This document shows positions 1 to 10,938 of a stretch of 64,000 nt of DNA, piece after piece. Positions within the stretch are counted from its first letter, which is position 1, and every line of letters begins with the position of its first letter. Source of the stretch: Candidatus Krumholzibacteriota bacterium (GTDB lineage: Bacteria > Krumholzibacteriota > Krumholzibacteriia > LZORAL124-64-63); the NCBI GenBank assembly GCA_022711765.1, contig JAKLEB010000001.1:1186-65185 (forward strand). Direction: 5' to 3'. The notes beneath the pieces were generated by a model. That model was not told the origin of the DNA and did no database searches. It was given only the letters and a program-made list of their open reading frames with translations. Position numbers and translations under genes: made by a program.

Positions 1-43
1 TGCACTCCGCCGTCCCGACCGAACACACGCGAGGAGGCAGAGC

Positions 44-331
44 ATGGCCATCTCTATCAAGCCCCTGGCCGACCGCGTCATCGTCCAGCCCATCGAGGGC
101 GAGACGATGAAGGGCGGCATCATCATTCCGGACACCGCCAAGGAAAAGCCGCAGCAGGGCAAGATCATCGCCGTGGGTCCTGGCCGCATCGACGACAACG
201 GCAAGCGCGTGACCCCCGAGGTCAAGAAGGGCGACACGGTCCTCTACGGCAAGTACGCCGGCACCGAGGTCACCGTCGCGGGCACGGACTACTTGATCCT
301 GCGCGAGGGCGATATCCTCGCCATCCTGTAG
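44..331 (+). CDS. groES: Co-chaperonin GroES (10 kDa chaperonin)
   Basis: 95-aa ORF. The sequence [15 protein letters not shown]...GKYAGTEV...[14 protein letters not shown] is an unmistakable GroES fold. A GAGGAGG ribosome-binding site lies 7 nt upstream. groEL follows 58 nt downstream. Confidence 0.95.
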   Translation: MAISIKPLADRVIVQPIEGETMKGGIIIPDTAKEKPQQGKIIAVGPGRIDDNGKRVTPEVKKGDTVLYGKYAGTEVTVAGTDYLILREGDILAIL

Positions 332-386
332 TCCCATTCGAGAATCCGCGGCCGGCGCGTCCGGACGCAGCCATAAAGGAGATTGA

Positions 387-2030
<1,644 letters not shown>

Positions 2031-2140
2031 GTCCAGCGCGACTGGCCGCCGAAGGCACGAGACGGCCCCCCTCGGCTCGCGAGGGGGGCCGTCGCCGTTC
2101 CGCCTTCCTTCGCGCCGGGACGTGCGCTAGATTCGCCACC

Positions 2141-3304
2141 ATGCGCATCCTGCACGTCGGCAAGTACTACGCGCCGGTCAAGGGCGGCATGGAGACGGCT
2201 CTCAGGCATATCGCCGAGGGGCTGCTCGACCTCGGCGTCGAGGTCCGCGTGATCGTCGCTGGCCAGGCCGGTCGCTCGACCCGCGAGGACCTGGGCGCGG
2301 CGCCGGGCGCCCTCGTCCGCGCCGGCGTCTGGGGAACCTGGCACAGCCAGCCGCTCGTCGCGCGCCTGCCGTCCCTGCTCGCCGCGGAGCTCCGGACCTT
2401 TCGGCCCGACATCGTCCACCTGCACCTGCCGAACCCCCTGGCGTGCTGGGCGTGGCGGCGCGCCGCGCCCGTCGCCGCACACCTCGGTACCCGCCTCGCA
2501 GTCTGGCATCACTCGGACATCGTCCGCCAGCGGCTGGGAGGCCGGCTCGTGGCGCCGCTGGTAGGTCGCTGCCTCGGCGACGCGGCCGGCATCTGCGTGT
2601 CGAGCGAGTCTCTCCGCGAATCCGCGCGGTCGCTCGCGCGGTGGCGCGACCGCGTCCGCGTGATCCCGTTCGGGATCGACCCGGCGCCGTTCCTGGCGGC
2701 GACTCCGGCCGGCGATGGACCGTTCCTGTTCGTCGGACGGCTGGTCCGCTACAAGGGGCTCGACGTCCTGCTCGAGGCGATGGCCGGCCTGCCGGGCGCT
2801 CGCCTGGACATCGCCGGCACCGGACCGCGCCGCGCCGAGCTCGCGGCGCGGATCGAGGGCGCGGATCTCCGCGGGCGCGTCCGCCTGCTCGGCGAGATCC
2901 CCGACAGCGAGCTGCCGGCCATGCTCGCGGGCGGCCGTGCGCTGGTCCTGCCGAGCCGGGACCGCAGCGAGACCTTCGGACTGATCCTGCTCGAGGCCAT
3001 GGCGGCCGGACTGCCGCTGGTCACGAGCGATCTCGCGACCGGCGTGAGCGAGGTGAACCAGCCCGGCGAGACCGGTTGGGTCGCGGCGCCGGGCGACCCC
3101 GTTGACCTCCGGCGGGCGCTGGCGGCCGTTCTCGCCGAGCCGGGCGAAGCGCGCCGGCGAGGATGCGCCGGGCGGGCGCTCGTCCTCGCTCGGTTCACCC
3201 GGGACCGGATGGCGCGGGACCTGGTCGGATGGTACGGCGAGCTCAGGGCGGGCCGAATGCGCGGAACCGTTACGGTGAATCCTGGTTCCAGTGATCAAGC
3301 GTGA
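2141..3304 (+). CDS. Glycosyltransferase family 1 (GT4-type, retaining)
   Basis: The ATG at 2141 lies inside the longer artefactual 383..3304 frame. N-terminus MRILHVGKYYAPVKGGMET. The C-terminal half carries an EXFG-type segment (SETFGLILLEAMAAGLPLV), typical of GT1/GT4 enzymes. Confidence 0.8.
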   Translation: MRILHVGKYYAPVKGGMETALRHIAEGLLDLGVEVRVIVAGQAGRSTREDLGAAPGALVRAGVWGTWHSQPLVARLPSLLAAELRTFRPDIVHLHLPNPLACWAWRRAAPVAAHLGTRLAVWHHSDIVRQRLGGRLVAPLVGRCLGDAAGICVSSESLRESARSLARWRDRVRVIPFGIDPAPFLAATPAGDGPFLFVGRLVRYKGLDVLLEAMAGLPGARLDIAGTGPRRAELAARIEGADLRGRVRLLGEIPDSELPAMLAGGRALVLPSRDRSETFGLILLEAMAAGLPLVTSDLATGVSEVNQPGETGWVAAPGDPVDLRRALAAVLAEPGEARRRGCAGRALVLARFTRDRMARDLVGWYGELRAGRMRGTVTVNPGSSDQA

Positions 3305-3327
3305 CCAAGGTGCGATCGGTCGGGCAA

Positions 3328-3356
3328 TTGACAGTCGCCCGCAGGTAGTCTATCGT
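3328..3356 (+). promoter_or_regulatory. Sigma70-like promoter TTGACA-N17-TATCGT upstream of the TPR gene
   Basis: TTGACA at 3328-3333, then a 17-nt spacer, then TATCGT at 3351-3356, in the 95-nt intergenic region before the CDS at 3400. The same -10 hexamer recurs at 39409. Confidence 0.35.
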
Positions 3357-3399
3357 TGCAGCACCCGGTCGCGCCGGGTTTTACGTTGATGTCCGCAAT

Positions 3400-4599
3400 G
3401 TGGAAAACCGGAGGTCACTAGTGCGTATCTCCATGTTTTGCCGGACGTTAGCGGCTGCGGCGGCCGTGGTCGCGGCGCTGCCGGGGTCCGCCGCCCTCGC
3501 GACCGCGGCATGCTCCGAGGGTCAGATGGCGGAGGCCCAGCTCCAGTTCCAGGGGGCGCAGCAGCTGCTCGAAACCGGGCAATGGGACCAGGCGATCGCG
3601 AACCTCAAGTCGATCGTCGAATTCTGCCCCGAGTACTACCCGGCGCTGCGCGGACTCGGCAAGGCTTACCAGGAGACCGGTCAGCTCGACCTCGCGGCCG
3701 ACGTCTACCAGAAGGTCATCGACGTCCTCGCGGAAGAGACCGAGGCTGCCGACTACGGGAACCTCGGCCTCGTCTTCACGAAGCAGAAGAAGTACCGCGA
3801 AGCCCGCGCCGAGTATCTGAAGGCCAAGACCCGAGATCCGGAGAATTGCAGCGTCCTCGTGAACCTCGGGATCCTCCACAACGCCGCCGGCTTCCCGATC
3901 CAGGCGGTCGAGACCCTCGAGGACGCCCAGATGTTCTGCCCGGACCTGGTCGACAAGATCACGCCGCGACTCGCCGAGGCGTGCTCGGCGGCTGCCGCGC
4001 AACAGAAGCAGATCGGCAACGCCGACAAGGCCGCGATGTACCAGGCCAAGGCGCGCGAGTACGGCGGCACCGTCGGCGGGACGACGGCGTACCAGCAGAT
4101 CCAGGCCAAGATGAAGACTGGGGACTATGCCAGCGCCGTCGATCTCTGCGACGAACTCCTCGCGTCGGATCCTGGTCACGCCAACGCCTGGCTGACCAAG
4201 GCGCGCGCGACGGATTCCTTGAATCGCAAGGACGAGAGCATCGCCGCCTACCGGCAATACCTGACGCTGAAGCCCGACAACATGGACGAGACCGCTGCCA
4301 TGATCATCGTCATGGCGGAAGCGGGCCAGTGCGCGGCCGCCCTCGCGGCGAGCCGCGAGGCGCTCGAGAAGTTCGCCGGCAACGGCGCCAAGGCTCTCGG
4401 CAAGATCCACTTCGCCTACGGCAAGGCGCATTTCTGCGCCAAGGACTACTCGTCTGCGAGGAACGAGTTCGGGACGGCGGCTCAGAGTGGCGATCCGAAG
4501 TGGGCGGAAGCGGCCCGCGAGGGGATCGGCGCATGCGAATCGTACCTCGACTACGAGAGCGCTCAGCGCCGGAAATCGGCCCAGCAGGGCGGTCGTTGA
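3400..4599 (+). CDS. Secreted TPR-repeat protein
   Basis: 399 aa. N-terminal signal peptide (FCRTLAAAAAVVAALPGSAALA). Repeated TPR-like helices (AIANLKSIVEFCPEYYPALRGLGKAYQETGQLDLAADVYQKVI...). The start is ambiguous: GTG 3400, GTG 3421 or ATG 3433. Confidence 0.7.
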   Translation: MENRRSLVRISMFCRTLAAAAAVVAALPGSAALATAACSEGQMAEAQLQFQGAQQLLETGQWDQAIANLKSIVEFCPEYYPALRGLGKAYQETGQLDLAADVYQKVIDVLAEETEAADYGNLGLVFTKQKKYREARAEYLKAKTRDPENCSVLVNLGILHNAAGFPIQAVETLEDAQMFCPDLVDKITPRLAEACSAAAAQQKQIGNADKAAMYQAKAREYGGTVGGTTAYQQIQAKMKTGDYASAVDLCDELLASDPGHANAWLTKARATDSLNRKDESIAAYRQYLTLKPDNMDETAAMIIVMAEAGQCAAALAASREALEKFAGNGAKALGKIHFAYGKAHFCAKDYSSARNEFGTAAQSGDPKWAEAAREGIGACESYLDYESAQRRKSAQQGGR

Positions 4600-4687
4600 T
4601 TCTTGCCGCGTTCATCCGGCCCCGCGGACTCCGGTCCGCGGGGCCGGTTGCGCCGGGCGGCGCCGGCCGGCCGGGAGGGTCGGTACC

Positions 4688-5842
4688 ATGGGACGACTGG
4701 ACAAGCTGCCGCCGTACCTGTTCGCCGAGATCGACGCCGCGCGGGACCGCGCGGCAGCCCAGGGCGTGGACGTGGTCGATCTCGGCGTCGGCGATCCGGA
4801 TCAACCCACGCCCAAGGCGCTCGTGGACCTCGCGGCCGCGGCCGTGCGCTTGCCAGAACATCACCGTTATCCTCCCGGCCGCGGCGACGCGCGCCTGCGT
4901 CGCGCCATCGCCGGCTTCCTGAGGCGCCGCCACGGCGTGGACGCGGATCCGGAATCGGAGATCCTGGTCCTGGTGGGGAGCAAGGAGGGCATCGCCCACC
5001 TGCCGTTGGCCCTCGTCGCCGAGGGCGACAACGTCCTGGTGCCGGACGTCGGCTACCCGGTCTACACCGAGGCGTCGATCCTGGCCGGCGCCGAGCCGCG
5101 GCTCTTCCCGCTCTCGGTCGATCGAGCGTTCCTGCCGGATCCCCGCGTGCTCGGGCGGCTGGCGGATGCTCGCACGCGGCTGCTCTGGCTCAACTACCCC
5201 AACAACCCGACCGGCGCCGAGGCCGGCGCGGGTCTCTACGCGCCGCTGGCCGAGCTTGCCGAAGCCCGCGGCTTCGTCCTCGCGAACGACGCCGCGTACC
5301 TCGAGGTCAGCCTCGACGGCCATCGTCCAGTCAGCCTCCTGGAGGCCGTGGACCATCGCCGCCAGCGGGTCATCGAGTTCCATAGCTTCTCGAAGATGTT
5401 CAACATGACCGGCTGGCGGCTCGGTTTCGCGGTGGGGAACAGCGGCGTGGTGGGCCAGCTGGCGCGCGTCAAGCAGAGCATCGACTCGGGAGCGTTCGCA
5501 GCGCTGCAGGAGGTCGCGGCCGCGGCCCTCGCGATCGGCGCCGCCGACCGGCTCCTGGTCGACGTCATGAAACCCTATGCCCAGCGGCGGCGCGCGATCG
5601 CCGCGGCGCTCGCGAAGGCCGGACTCGCCGTCTTTCCGACCCAGGCGACGTTCTACGTCTGGGCGCGGGTTCCGGCTGGCGAGACGAGCCTCGGTTTCTG
5701 CGGGCGCGTCCTGCGCGATCTGGGCGTCGTGCTCACGCCGGGTGTCGGGTTCGGGCCAGGCGGCGAGGGGTGGTTCCGGATCAGCCTGACGGCGCCCGAC
5801 GATCGCATCGCGGTCGCGGCTCGGCGCCTGGAGGATCTCTGA
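4688..5842 (+). CDS. PLP-dependent class-I aminotransferase (possibly LL-diaminopimelate/alanine aminotransferase-like)
   Basis: 385 aa from the ATG at 4688; the upstream part of the track ORF 4487..5842 is Arg-rich junk. Class-I motifs are present: KLPPYLFAEID, DLGVGDPDQPTP, NYPNNPTG and SFSKMFNMTGWRLGF (PLP lysine context). Confidence 0.8.
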   Translation: MGRLDKLPPYLFAEIDAARDRAAAQGVDVVDLGVGDPDQPTPKALVDLAAAAVRLPEHHRYPPGRGDARLRRAIAGFLRRRHGVDADPESEILVLVGSKEGIAHLPLALVAEGDNVLVPDVGYPVYTEASILAGAEPRLFPLSVDRAFLPDPRVLGRLADARTRLLWLNYPNNPTGAEAGAGLYAPLAELAEARGFVLANDAAYLEVSLDGHRPVSLLEAVDHRRQRVIEFHSFSKMFNMTGWRLGFAVGNSGVVGQLARVKQSIDSGAFAALQEVAAAALAIGAADRLLVDVMKPYAQRRRAIAAALAKAGLAVFPTQATFYVWARVPAGETSLGFCGRVLRDLGVVLTPGVGFGPGGEGWFRISLTAPDDRIAVAARRLEDL

Positions 5843-6225
5843 TGGACCGCATCGCTATGGCGGGCATCGACGTCTACGCGCACCACGGCGTGCATCCGGC
5901 CGAACGCGAGCTGGGCCAGCGATTCGTCATCGACGTCGTGCTCGAAGGCGACTGGAGCCAGGCGGCGCGCAGCGACCAGCTCGGCCACGCCCTCGACTAC
6001 GTGGCGGTCCACGGCCGGATCCGCGAGGTCACGGCGTCGACCAGCTTCCACCTGCTCGAATCGCTGGCCGAGGCGATCTGCGCCGATCTATTGCGCGCGT
6101 TCCCGGTCGAACGCGTCCAGGTGACCGTCCACAAGCCGAATCCGCCCATCCCGAATTTCCTCGGCCGCGTCTCGGTCTCGCTCGAGCGCGATCGGGCCTG
6201 GTCGGCCGCGCGCGAGCAGGGCTGA
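5842..6225 (+). CDS. folB: Dihydroneopterin aldolase
   Basis: 127 aa, MDRIAMAGIDVYAHHGVHPAERELGQRFVIDVVLE.... The ATG overlaps the upstream TGA as TGATG. folK follows immediately downstream. Confidence 0.85.
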   Translation: MDRIAMAGIDVYAHHGVHPAERELGQRFVIDVVLEGDWSQAARSDQLGHALDYVAVHGRIREVTASTSFHLLESLAEAICADLLRAFPVERVQVTVHKPNPPIPNFLGRVSVSLERDRAWSAAREQG

Positions 6226-6227
6226 CC

Positions 6228-6833
6228 GTGAACGATGCCCGAGGACACCTCACGCCGCCGCTGGTCCCGGAAGCGATCGTGCTCGGCCTCGGCGGCAACC
6301 TCGGCGACCGCCTGGACAATCTGCGCCAGGGGTTGTTCGCGCTGCTCTCGCACCCGGAGATCCGGGTCACCGGCTTCAGCCGCGTGTGGGAAACCGAGTA
6401 CGTCGGACCGGGTCGACAGGCACCGTACCTGAACCTGGTCGCGACGGCGACGACGAGCCTGGCCCCCCTCGCCCTGCTCGCAGTCTGCCAGGGCATCGAG
6501 GGGCGGCTCGGCCGCATGCCGGGCGGGCACCTCCTGCCGCGGACGCTGGACATCGACATCCTGCTGTACGGCGACCGCCGAGCCAGCGACGATGCCCTCG
6601 TGCTGCCGCATCCCCGGCTCGCGGAGCGCGGGTTCGTGCTCGGGCCGCTCGCCGAGCTCGCGCCGGACCTCCGGTTGCCGGATTCCGGGGAGACGGCGGC
6701 GGCGGCGTGGGCTAGAATCCAGGGCGCCGGCGGTCACTGGCTGCGCCCGCTGAGCGAGCCCCTGTTCGCGGCGGACGCGGTGGCCGCGGGCGAGGAGGAA
6801 TGGCGTGCTGCCCTGGCGGTATATTGTCGTTGA
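6228..6833 (+). CDS. folK: 2-amino-4-hydroxy-6-hydroxymethyldihydropteridine pyrophosphokinase (HPPK)
   Basis: 201 aa, with the IVLGLGGNLGDRLDNLRQG N-terminus and the ...DIDILLYGD... motif characteristic of HPPK. GTG start. Confidence 0.85.
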   Translation: MNDARGHLTPPLVPEAIVLGLGGNLGDRLDNLRQGLFALLSHPEIRVTGFSRVWETEYVGPGRQAPYLNLVATATTSLAPLALLAVCQGIEGRLGRMPGGHLLPRTLDIDILLYGDRRASDDALVLPHPRLAERGFVLGPLAELAPDLRLPDSGETAAAAWARIQGAGGHWLRPLSEPLFAADAVAAGEEEWRAALAVYCR

Positions 6834-7449
6834 AGGCGTCATCGGCGTCGGCAAGACGAGCCTGGTCAAGCTGCTCGCGACGCGGACGCGCGCGCGGGTG
6901 AACCTCGAGGTCGTCGAGGAGAATCCGTTCCTCGCCCGCTTCTATCAGGACCGCGCTGCGCTCGCCTTCCAGACCCAGATATTCTTCCTGCTGAGCCGGT
7001 TCCGCCAGCAGCAGGCGCTGGCGCAGCCGGAGCTCTTCAACGATCTCCTGTTCTCGGACTACCTCTTCGCCAAGGACCGCATCTTCGCCAACCTGAATCT
7101 GGCGGACGACGAGCTCGCGCTCTACGACCAGCTGGCGGGGATCCTCGAGGACCGCGTCCTCAAGCCGGACCTGGTGATCTACCTGCAGGCGAGCTCCAAC
7201 CTCCTGCTGGAGCGGATCCGCCAGCGTGGACGTCCCTACGAGCGCGGCATGGATCGCGAGTACATCGAGAGCCTGAACAAGGCGTACAACTTCTTCTTCC
7301 ACCATTACCAGGCGACGCCGCTGCTGGTGGTGGGGGCGGACCATCTCGACTACGTCGGCGTGCCGGCGGACCTCGACCTGCTGATCGACCAGTTGCGCGA
7401 GCCGTTCCACGGCACGCGCTATTTCGCCCCCCGCTCGGGCGGCGTCTGA
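6805..7449 (+). CDS. Deoxynucleoside kinase (dNK family)
   Basis: 214 aa. P-loop YIVVEGVIGVGKTS. The ERIRQRGRPYE motif resembles the dNK/dCK/dGK arginine-rich lid segment. It overlaps the 3' end of folK by 29 nt. Confidence 0.8.
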   Translation: MLPWRYIVVEGVIGVGKTSLVKLLATRTRARVNLEVVEENPFLARFYQDRAALAFQTQIFFLLSRFRQQQALAQPELFNDLLFSDYLFAKDRIFANLNLADDELALYDQLAGILEDRVLKPDLVIYLQASSNLLLERIRQRGRPYERGMDREYIESLNKAYNFFFHHYQATPLLVVGADHLDYVGVPADLDLLIDQLREPFHGTRYFAPRSGGV

Positions 7450-7460
7450 GAGGACTGCTC

Positions 7461-8336
7461 ATGGACCCGTTGCCCAGCCTCGACGTCTTCGGCCGCTCGC
7501 GACGCGAAGGTCGGCGCCTGGTTCTCGTCACCGCCTATGACGCGACGGGCGCCCGGCTCGCGGCGGCCGGCGGCGTCGACGCGCTGCTCGTCGGGGATTC
7601 GCTGGGGCAGGTCGTGCTCGGCCACGGCAGCACCCTGCCGGTGACCATGGCGGACATGCTGCACCACGCGAGGGCGGTCGCTCGCGCGCGCACTGGGTTG
7701 CCGGTGATCGTCGACCTGCCGTACGGCGCGTTCCACCTCGCTCCGCGGGAGACCGCGCGCAACGGCATCCGGCTGGTCCAGGCGGCCCGGGCGCAGGCGG
7801 TCAAGCTCGAGGGCGGGCGCCGCCGCGCGGACCACATCGCGGCCCTGCTGGATGCCGAGATCCCGGTCATGGGGCACCTCGGCCTGACGCCCCAGAGCAT
7901 CCAGCGCTTCGGCGGCTACAAGGTGCAGGGTCGCGACGAGCCGGCGGCGGAACGGCTCCTCGAGGACGCCCAGTTCCTGGCCGAGGCCGGCTGCTTCGCG
8001 CTGGTGCTCGAGTGCATTCCCGCGGGGCTCGCCGCGCAGGTGACCGCGACCGTGCCGATCCCCACGATCGGGATCGGCGCCGGGCCCGATTGTGATGGTC
8101 AAGTCCTCGTCGCGCACGACCTGCTGGGCCTCTCGGGCGATTTCCGGCCGCGATTCGTGAAACGGTACGCGGAGCTGGGCCAGGCCGCGTCCGCGGCCAT
8201 CGCGTCGTTCGCCGCAGAGGTGCGGGCCGGCACGTTCCCGACGCCCGACCACGCCTACGGCGCCGGCCGGAGAGCCGAGGCGGCGGCCGGCCCGGACGCC
8301 GTTTCGCGGGCCGACGCGGCGCCGGGGGATGACTGA
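7461..8336 (+). CDS. panB: 3-methyl-2-oxobutanoate hydroxymethyltransferase (ketopantoate hydroxymethyltransferase)
   Basis: 291 aa, with LVLVTAYDATGARLAAAGGVDALLVGDSLGQVVLGH and VKLEGG motifs. Confidence 0.9.
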   Translation: MDPLPSLDVFGRSRREGRRLVLVTAYDATGARLAAAGGVDALLVGDSLGQVVLGHGSTLPVTMADMLHHARAVARARTGLPVIVDLPYGAFHLAPRETARNGIRLVQAARAQAVKLEGGRRRADHIAALLDAEIPVMGHLGLTPQSIQRFGGYKVQGRDEPAAERLLEDAQFLAEAGCFALVLECIPAGLAAQVTATVPIPTIGIGAGPDCDGQVLVAHDLLGLSGDFRPRFVKRYAELGQAASAAIASFAAEVRAGTFPTPDHAYGAGRRAEAAAGPDAVSRADAAPGDD

Positions 8337-9225
8337 CGTGGACCTCCTGCGGACGCGCGCCGACCTGACCCGCCTCGAGCCGCTGCGCGCGGCGGCCGCT
8401 CCGCTCGTGCTGGTGCCCACGATGGGGGCGCTGCACGCTGGACACCTCGCCCTCGTCCGTCGCGCGCGCGAGCTGGGCGACCCCGTGGTCTCGATCTTCG
8501 TCAACCCGACCCAGTTCGCGGCGGGCGAGGATTTCGCCGCCTACCCGCGCGATCTCGAGCGCGATCTCGCGCTCCTGGAGCCGCTGGGTGTCGCGGCGGT
8601 CTTCGCGCCGGCGGTCGACGAGATGTACGCGCGGGACGGCGGCGTCATGGTCCAGCCGGGCCCGGCGGCGCAGGGTCTCTGCGGTGGGCGGCGGCCCGGA
8701 CACTTCGCCGGCGTGCTGACGATCGTCCTGAAACTCCTGCACCTGATCCGGCCCGAGATCGCGATCTTCGGCCGCAAGGACGCGCAGCAGTGCCTGGTCA
8801 TCGCCGAGATGGTGAGGGACCTCGACGTGCCGGTCCGGCTGCTCGACCTGCCCACGGTGCGCGAGCCGGACGGCCTGGCGATGTCGTCGCGGAATGCGTA
8901 TCTCTCGCCGGCGGGCCGGCGCCGGGCGCGCTGCCTCAGCGACGCCCTGGCCGCGGCCAGGACGGCGCTCGAGGCGGGCGAGCGGGCCCCGGCGCGCCTG
9001 GCGGCCGCCATGGCCGCGGCCCTGGCCGCCGCCGACAGCGTCGAGTACGCCGAGGTGCGGCGGGTGCCGGACCTGGCGGTCCCGGCGCGCGCGGAAGGTC
9101 GACTGCTCCTGGCCGTGGCGGCGCGGATCGAGCCGGCCCGGCTGATCGACAACCTCGTGGTGCAGGTCGACGCGGGTGGGGTCCGGGAAACCTCGCTGCT
9201 CGACGATCGGGAGGCGACCGCATGA
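8329..9225 (+). CDS. panC: Pantoate--beta-alanine ligase
   Basis: 298 aa, with PTMGALHAGHLALV (HIGH-like motif), the GHFAGVLTIVLKL segment and SSRNAYLS. It overlaps panB by 8 nt. Confidence 0.9.
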   Translation: MTDVDLLRTRADLTRLEPLRAAAAPLVLVPTMGALHAGHLALVRRARELGDPVVSIFVNPTQFAAGEDFAAYPRDLERDLALLEPLGVAAVFAPAVDEMYARDGGVMVQPGPAAQGLCGGRRPGHFAGVLTIVLKLLHLIRPEIAIFGRKDAQQCLVIAEMVRDLDVPVRLLDLPTVREPDGLAMSSRNAYLSPAGRRRARCLSDALAAARTALEAGERAPARLAAAMAAALAAADSVEYAEVRRVPDLAVPARAEGRLLLAVAARIEPARLIDNLVVQVDAGGVRETSLLDDREATA

Positions 9226-9971
9226 CCGGGCGAACCCTGGTGGACGCCGTGGTACTGGCGGCGGGCAAGGGCACGCGGATGAAGAGCGACCTGCCGAAGG
9301 TCCTGCACGAGCTCGCCGGCCGGCCCCTGCTCGCGCACGTCCTCGCGACGGCGCGCGCGGCGGGCGTCGAACGGACGGTCGTGGTGGTCGGGCACCAGGC
9401 GGATCGCGTACGCGAGCTCTGCGCGGCACCGGACCTCGTGTTCGTGGTCCAGGAGCCGCAGCTCGGCACCGGCCACGCGGTCCAGGTCGCGGCGCCGGCG
9501 CTGCGCGACGGCGGCTGGACCGTGATCCTCGCGGGCGACGTGCCGCTGCTCACGGTCGCGACCCTGCGGCGTCTGATCGACGGGACCCGCGCGAGCGGCG
9601 CCGCGGCGACGGTGCTGACCTGCGTGGTGGCCGACGCCGGCGCGTACGGCCGCATCGTGAAGGACGCGCGCGGCAACCTGGTGAGGATCGTCGAGGCGCG
9701 GGACGCCACGCCGCGGGAGCTGGCGATCGGCGAATTCAACAGCGGCGTCTACTGCTTCCGGACCGACTGCCTGCGCGAGGCCCTCGCCGAGCTCACCACG
9801 GACAACGATCAGGGCGAGTACTATCTGACGGATACGCTCGGCTGGTTGGTGGCGCGCGGGGACGCGGTGAGCACCGTCACGACGAGCGACAGCGCGGAGG
9901 TGGTCGGCATCAACACCGTGGCCGAACTGGCCGCCGCCGAGCGGTTGTTCGCGGCGCGACAACGCGGGTGA
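9222..9971 (+). CDS. GlmU-like sugar-1-phosphate uridyltransferase, N-terminal nucleotidyltransferase domain only
   Basis: 249 aa from the ATG at 9222, which overlaps the panC stop as ATGA. LAAGKGTRMKSDLPKVLH is almost identical to the E. coli GlmU signature. QLGTGHA and NDQGEYYLTD motifs are present. The left-handed-helix acetyltransferase domain is absent. Confidence 0.8.
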   Translation: MTGRTLVDAVVLAAGKGTRMKSDLPKVLHELAGRPLLAHVLATARAAGVERTVVVVGHQADRVRELCAAPDLVFVVQEPQLGTGHAVQVAAPALRDGGWTVILAGDVPLLTVATLRRLIDGTRASGAAATVLTCVVADAGAYGRIVKDARGNLVRIVEARDATPRELAIGEFNSGVYCFRTDCLREALAELTTDNDQGEYYLTDTLGWLVARGDAVSTVTTSDSAEVVGINTVAELAAAERLFAARQRG

Positions 9972-9979
9972 CGGGATCC

Positions 9980-10483
9980 ATGGACCGCCTCTACACGCCC
10001 TGGAGGTACGACTACGTGACCGGTGCGTCGCCCGAGACGGGATGCGTCTTCTGCCGAGTCGGCGAATCGGCCGACGATGCCGCCAACCACGTCCTCTATC
10101 GAGGCGGCCATTGGTTCGTCATGGTCAACCGCTATCCCTACAACAACGGGCACCTCCTGCTGGTGCTCGGCCGGCACGTGCCGCTTCTGAGCGACTGTTC
10201 CGCCGGCGAGCTGGCCGAGATGGGTCGCCTGCTCGCGGCGATGGAGCGCGCCCTCGGCGAGTGCATGCATCCCCACGGCTTCAATTGCGGGTACAACGGT
10301 GGCGCGAGCGCGGGCGCGGGGATCCCGGCGCACCTGCACCTGCACCTGCTGCCGCGCTGGGCGGGCGACACCAATTTCATGACGACCGTGGGCGAGACCC
10401 GGGTCATGCCCCAGACCCTTGCGGAGGTGCAGGACCAGGTGGGCCCGGTGCTGCGCCGCATCCTCGCGAGCGGGGAGAAATAA
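9980..10483 (+). CDS. HIT-family (histidine triad) nucleotide hydrolase/transferase
   Basis: 167 aa from the ATG at 9980. Histidine-triad motif HLHLHLLPRW. It lies 8 nt downstream of the GlmU-like gene. Confidence 0.75.
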   Translation: MDRLYTPWRYDYVTGASPETGCVFCRVGESADDAANHVLYRGGHWFVMVNRYPYNNGHLLLVLGRHVPLLSDCSAGELAEMGRLLAAMERALGECMHPHGFNCGYNGGASAGAGIPAHLHLHLLPRWAGDTNFMTTVGETRVMPQTLAEVQDQVGPVLRRILASGEK

Positions 10484-10651
10484 CGCTGGCGAAAGTTTGG
10501 CGAATACGGTAGCCTGGGGCAGATTCCAGACCCGATGGTCGGAATTCCTGTTGGATGGCGCTGCCAGGCCGCTCTATATTCGCCGCGATTGCTCGAGGGT
10601 CTGGCACGGGTCGGCCTCGTGGGACCGACCCCCGGCGGGAAGACGGGACCG

Positions 10652-10918
10652 ATGCGGCAGAGCTTGGGGAGAGTGGCACTTGTCCTTTTACTGGGGGTGC
10701 TGATCGGAGCTGTCTTCAGCGAGGTGATCGGGCTGTTCTTGCGTGAAGGAAGCGTCGCGGAACAGGTCTTCGTCCGCTACCAGGACTTCGGACTCGACGT
10801 TGTCACCCTCGACCTCGTCGTGATCCACTTCACGTTCGGCCTGAAATTCCACGTCAACCTCATGAGCGTCGTGGGCGTGTTCATCGCTGCGCAGCTGCTC
10901 CGCTGGTACCGGTACTGA
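10652..10918 (+). CDS. Small membrane protein (DUF4321-like)
   Basis: 88 aa from an internal ATG (MRQSLGRVALVLLLGVLIGAVF...), with two hydrophobic helices, upstream of tatA. Start choice and family are uncertain. Confidence 0.4.
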   Translation: MRQSLGRVALVLLLGVLIGAVFSEVIGLFLREGSVAEQVFVRYQDFGLDVVTLDLVVIHFTFGLKFHVNLMSVVGVFIAAQLLRWYRY

Positions 10919-10938
10919 TTCCCCGAGCAGGAGGCATC

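Noticed and set aside
1-43. Possible CIRCE (HrcA operator) upstream of groES, suggested by TGCACTC at the window start
   Set aside because: No GAGTGCTAA partner arm lies at the required 9-nt spacing. The fragment is too short and truncated by the window edge to call.
7419-9962. Minus-strand ORFs 7419..8504 (361 aa) and 8541..9962 (473 aa) opposite panB, panC and the glmU-like gene
   Set aside because: They are overlapped entirely by strongly supported + strand pantothenate and GlmU genes. Arg-rich junk translations.
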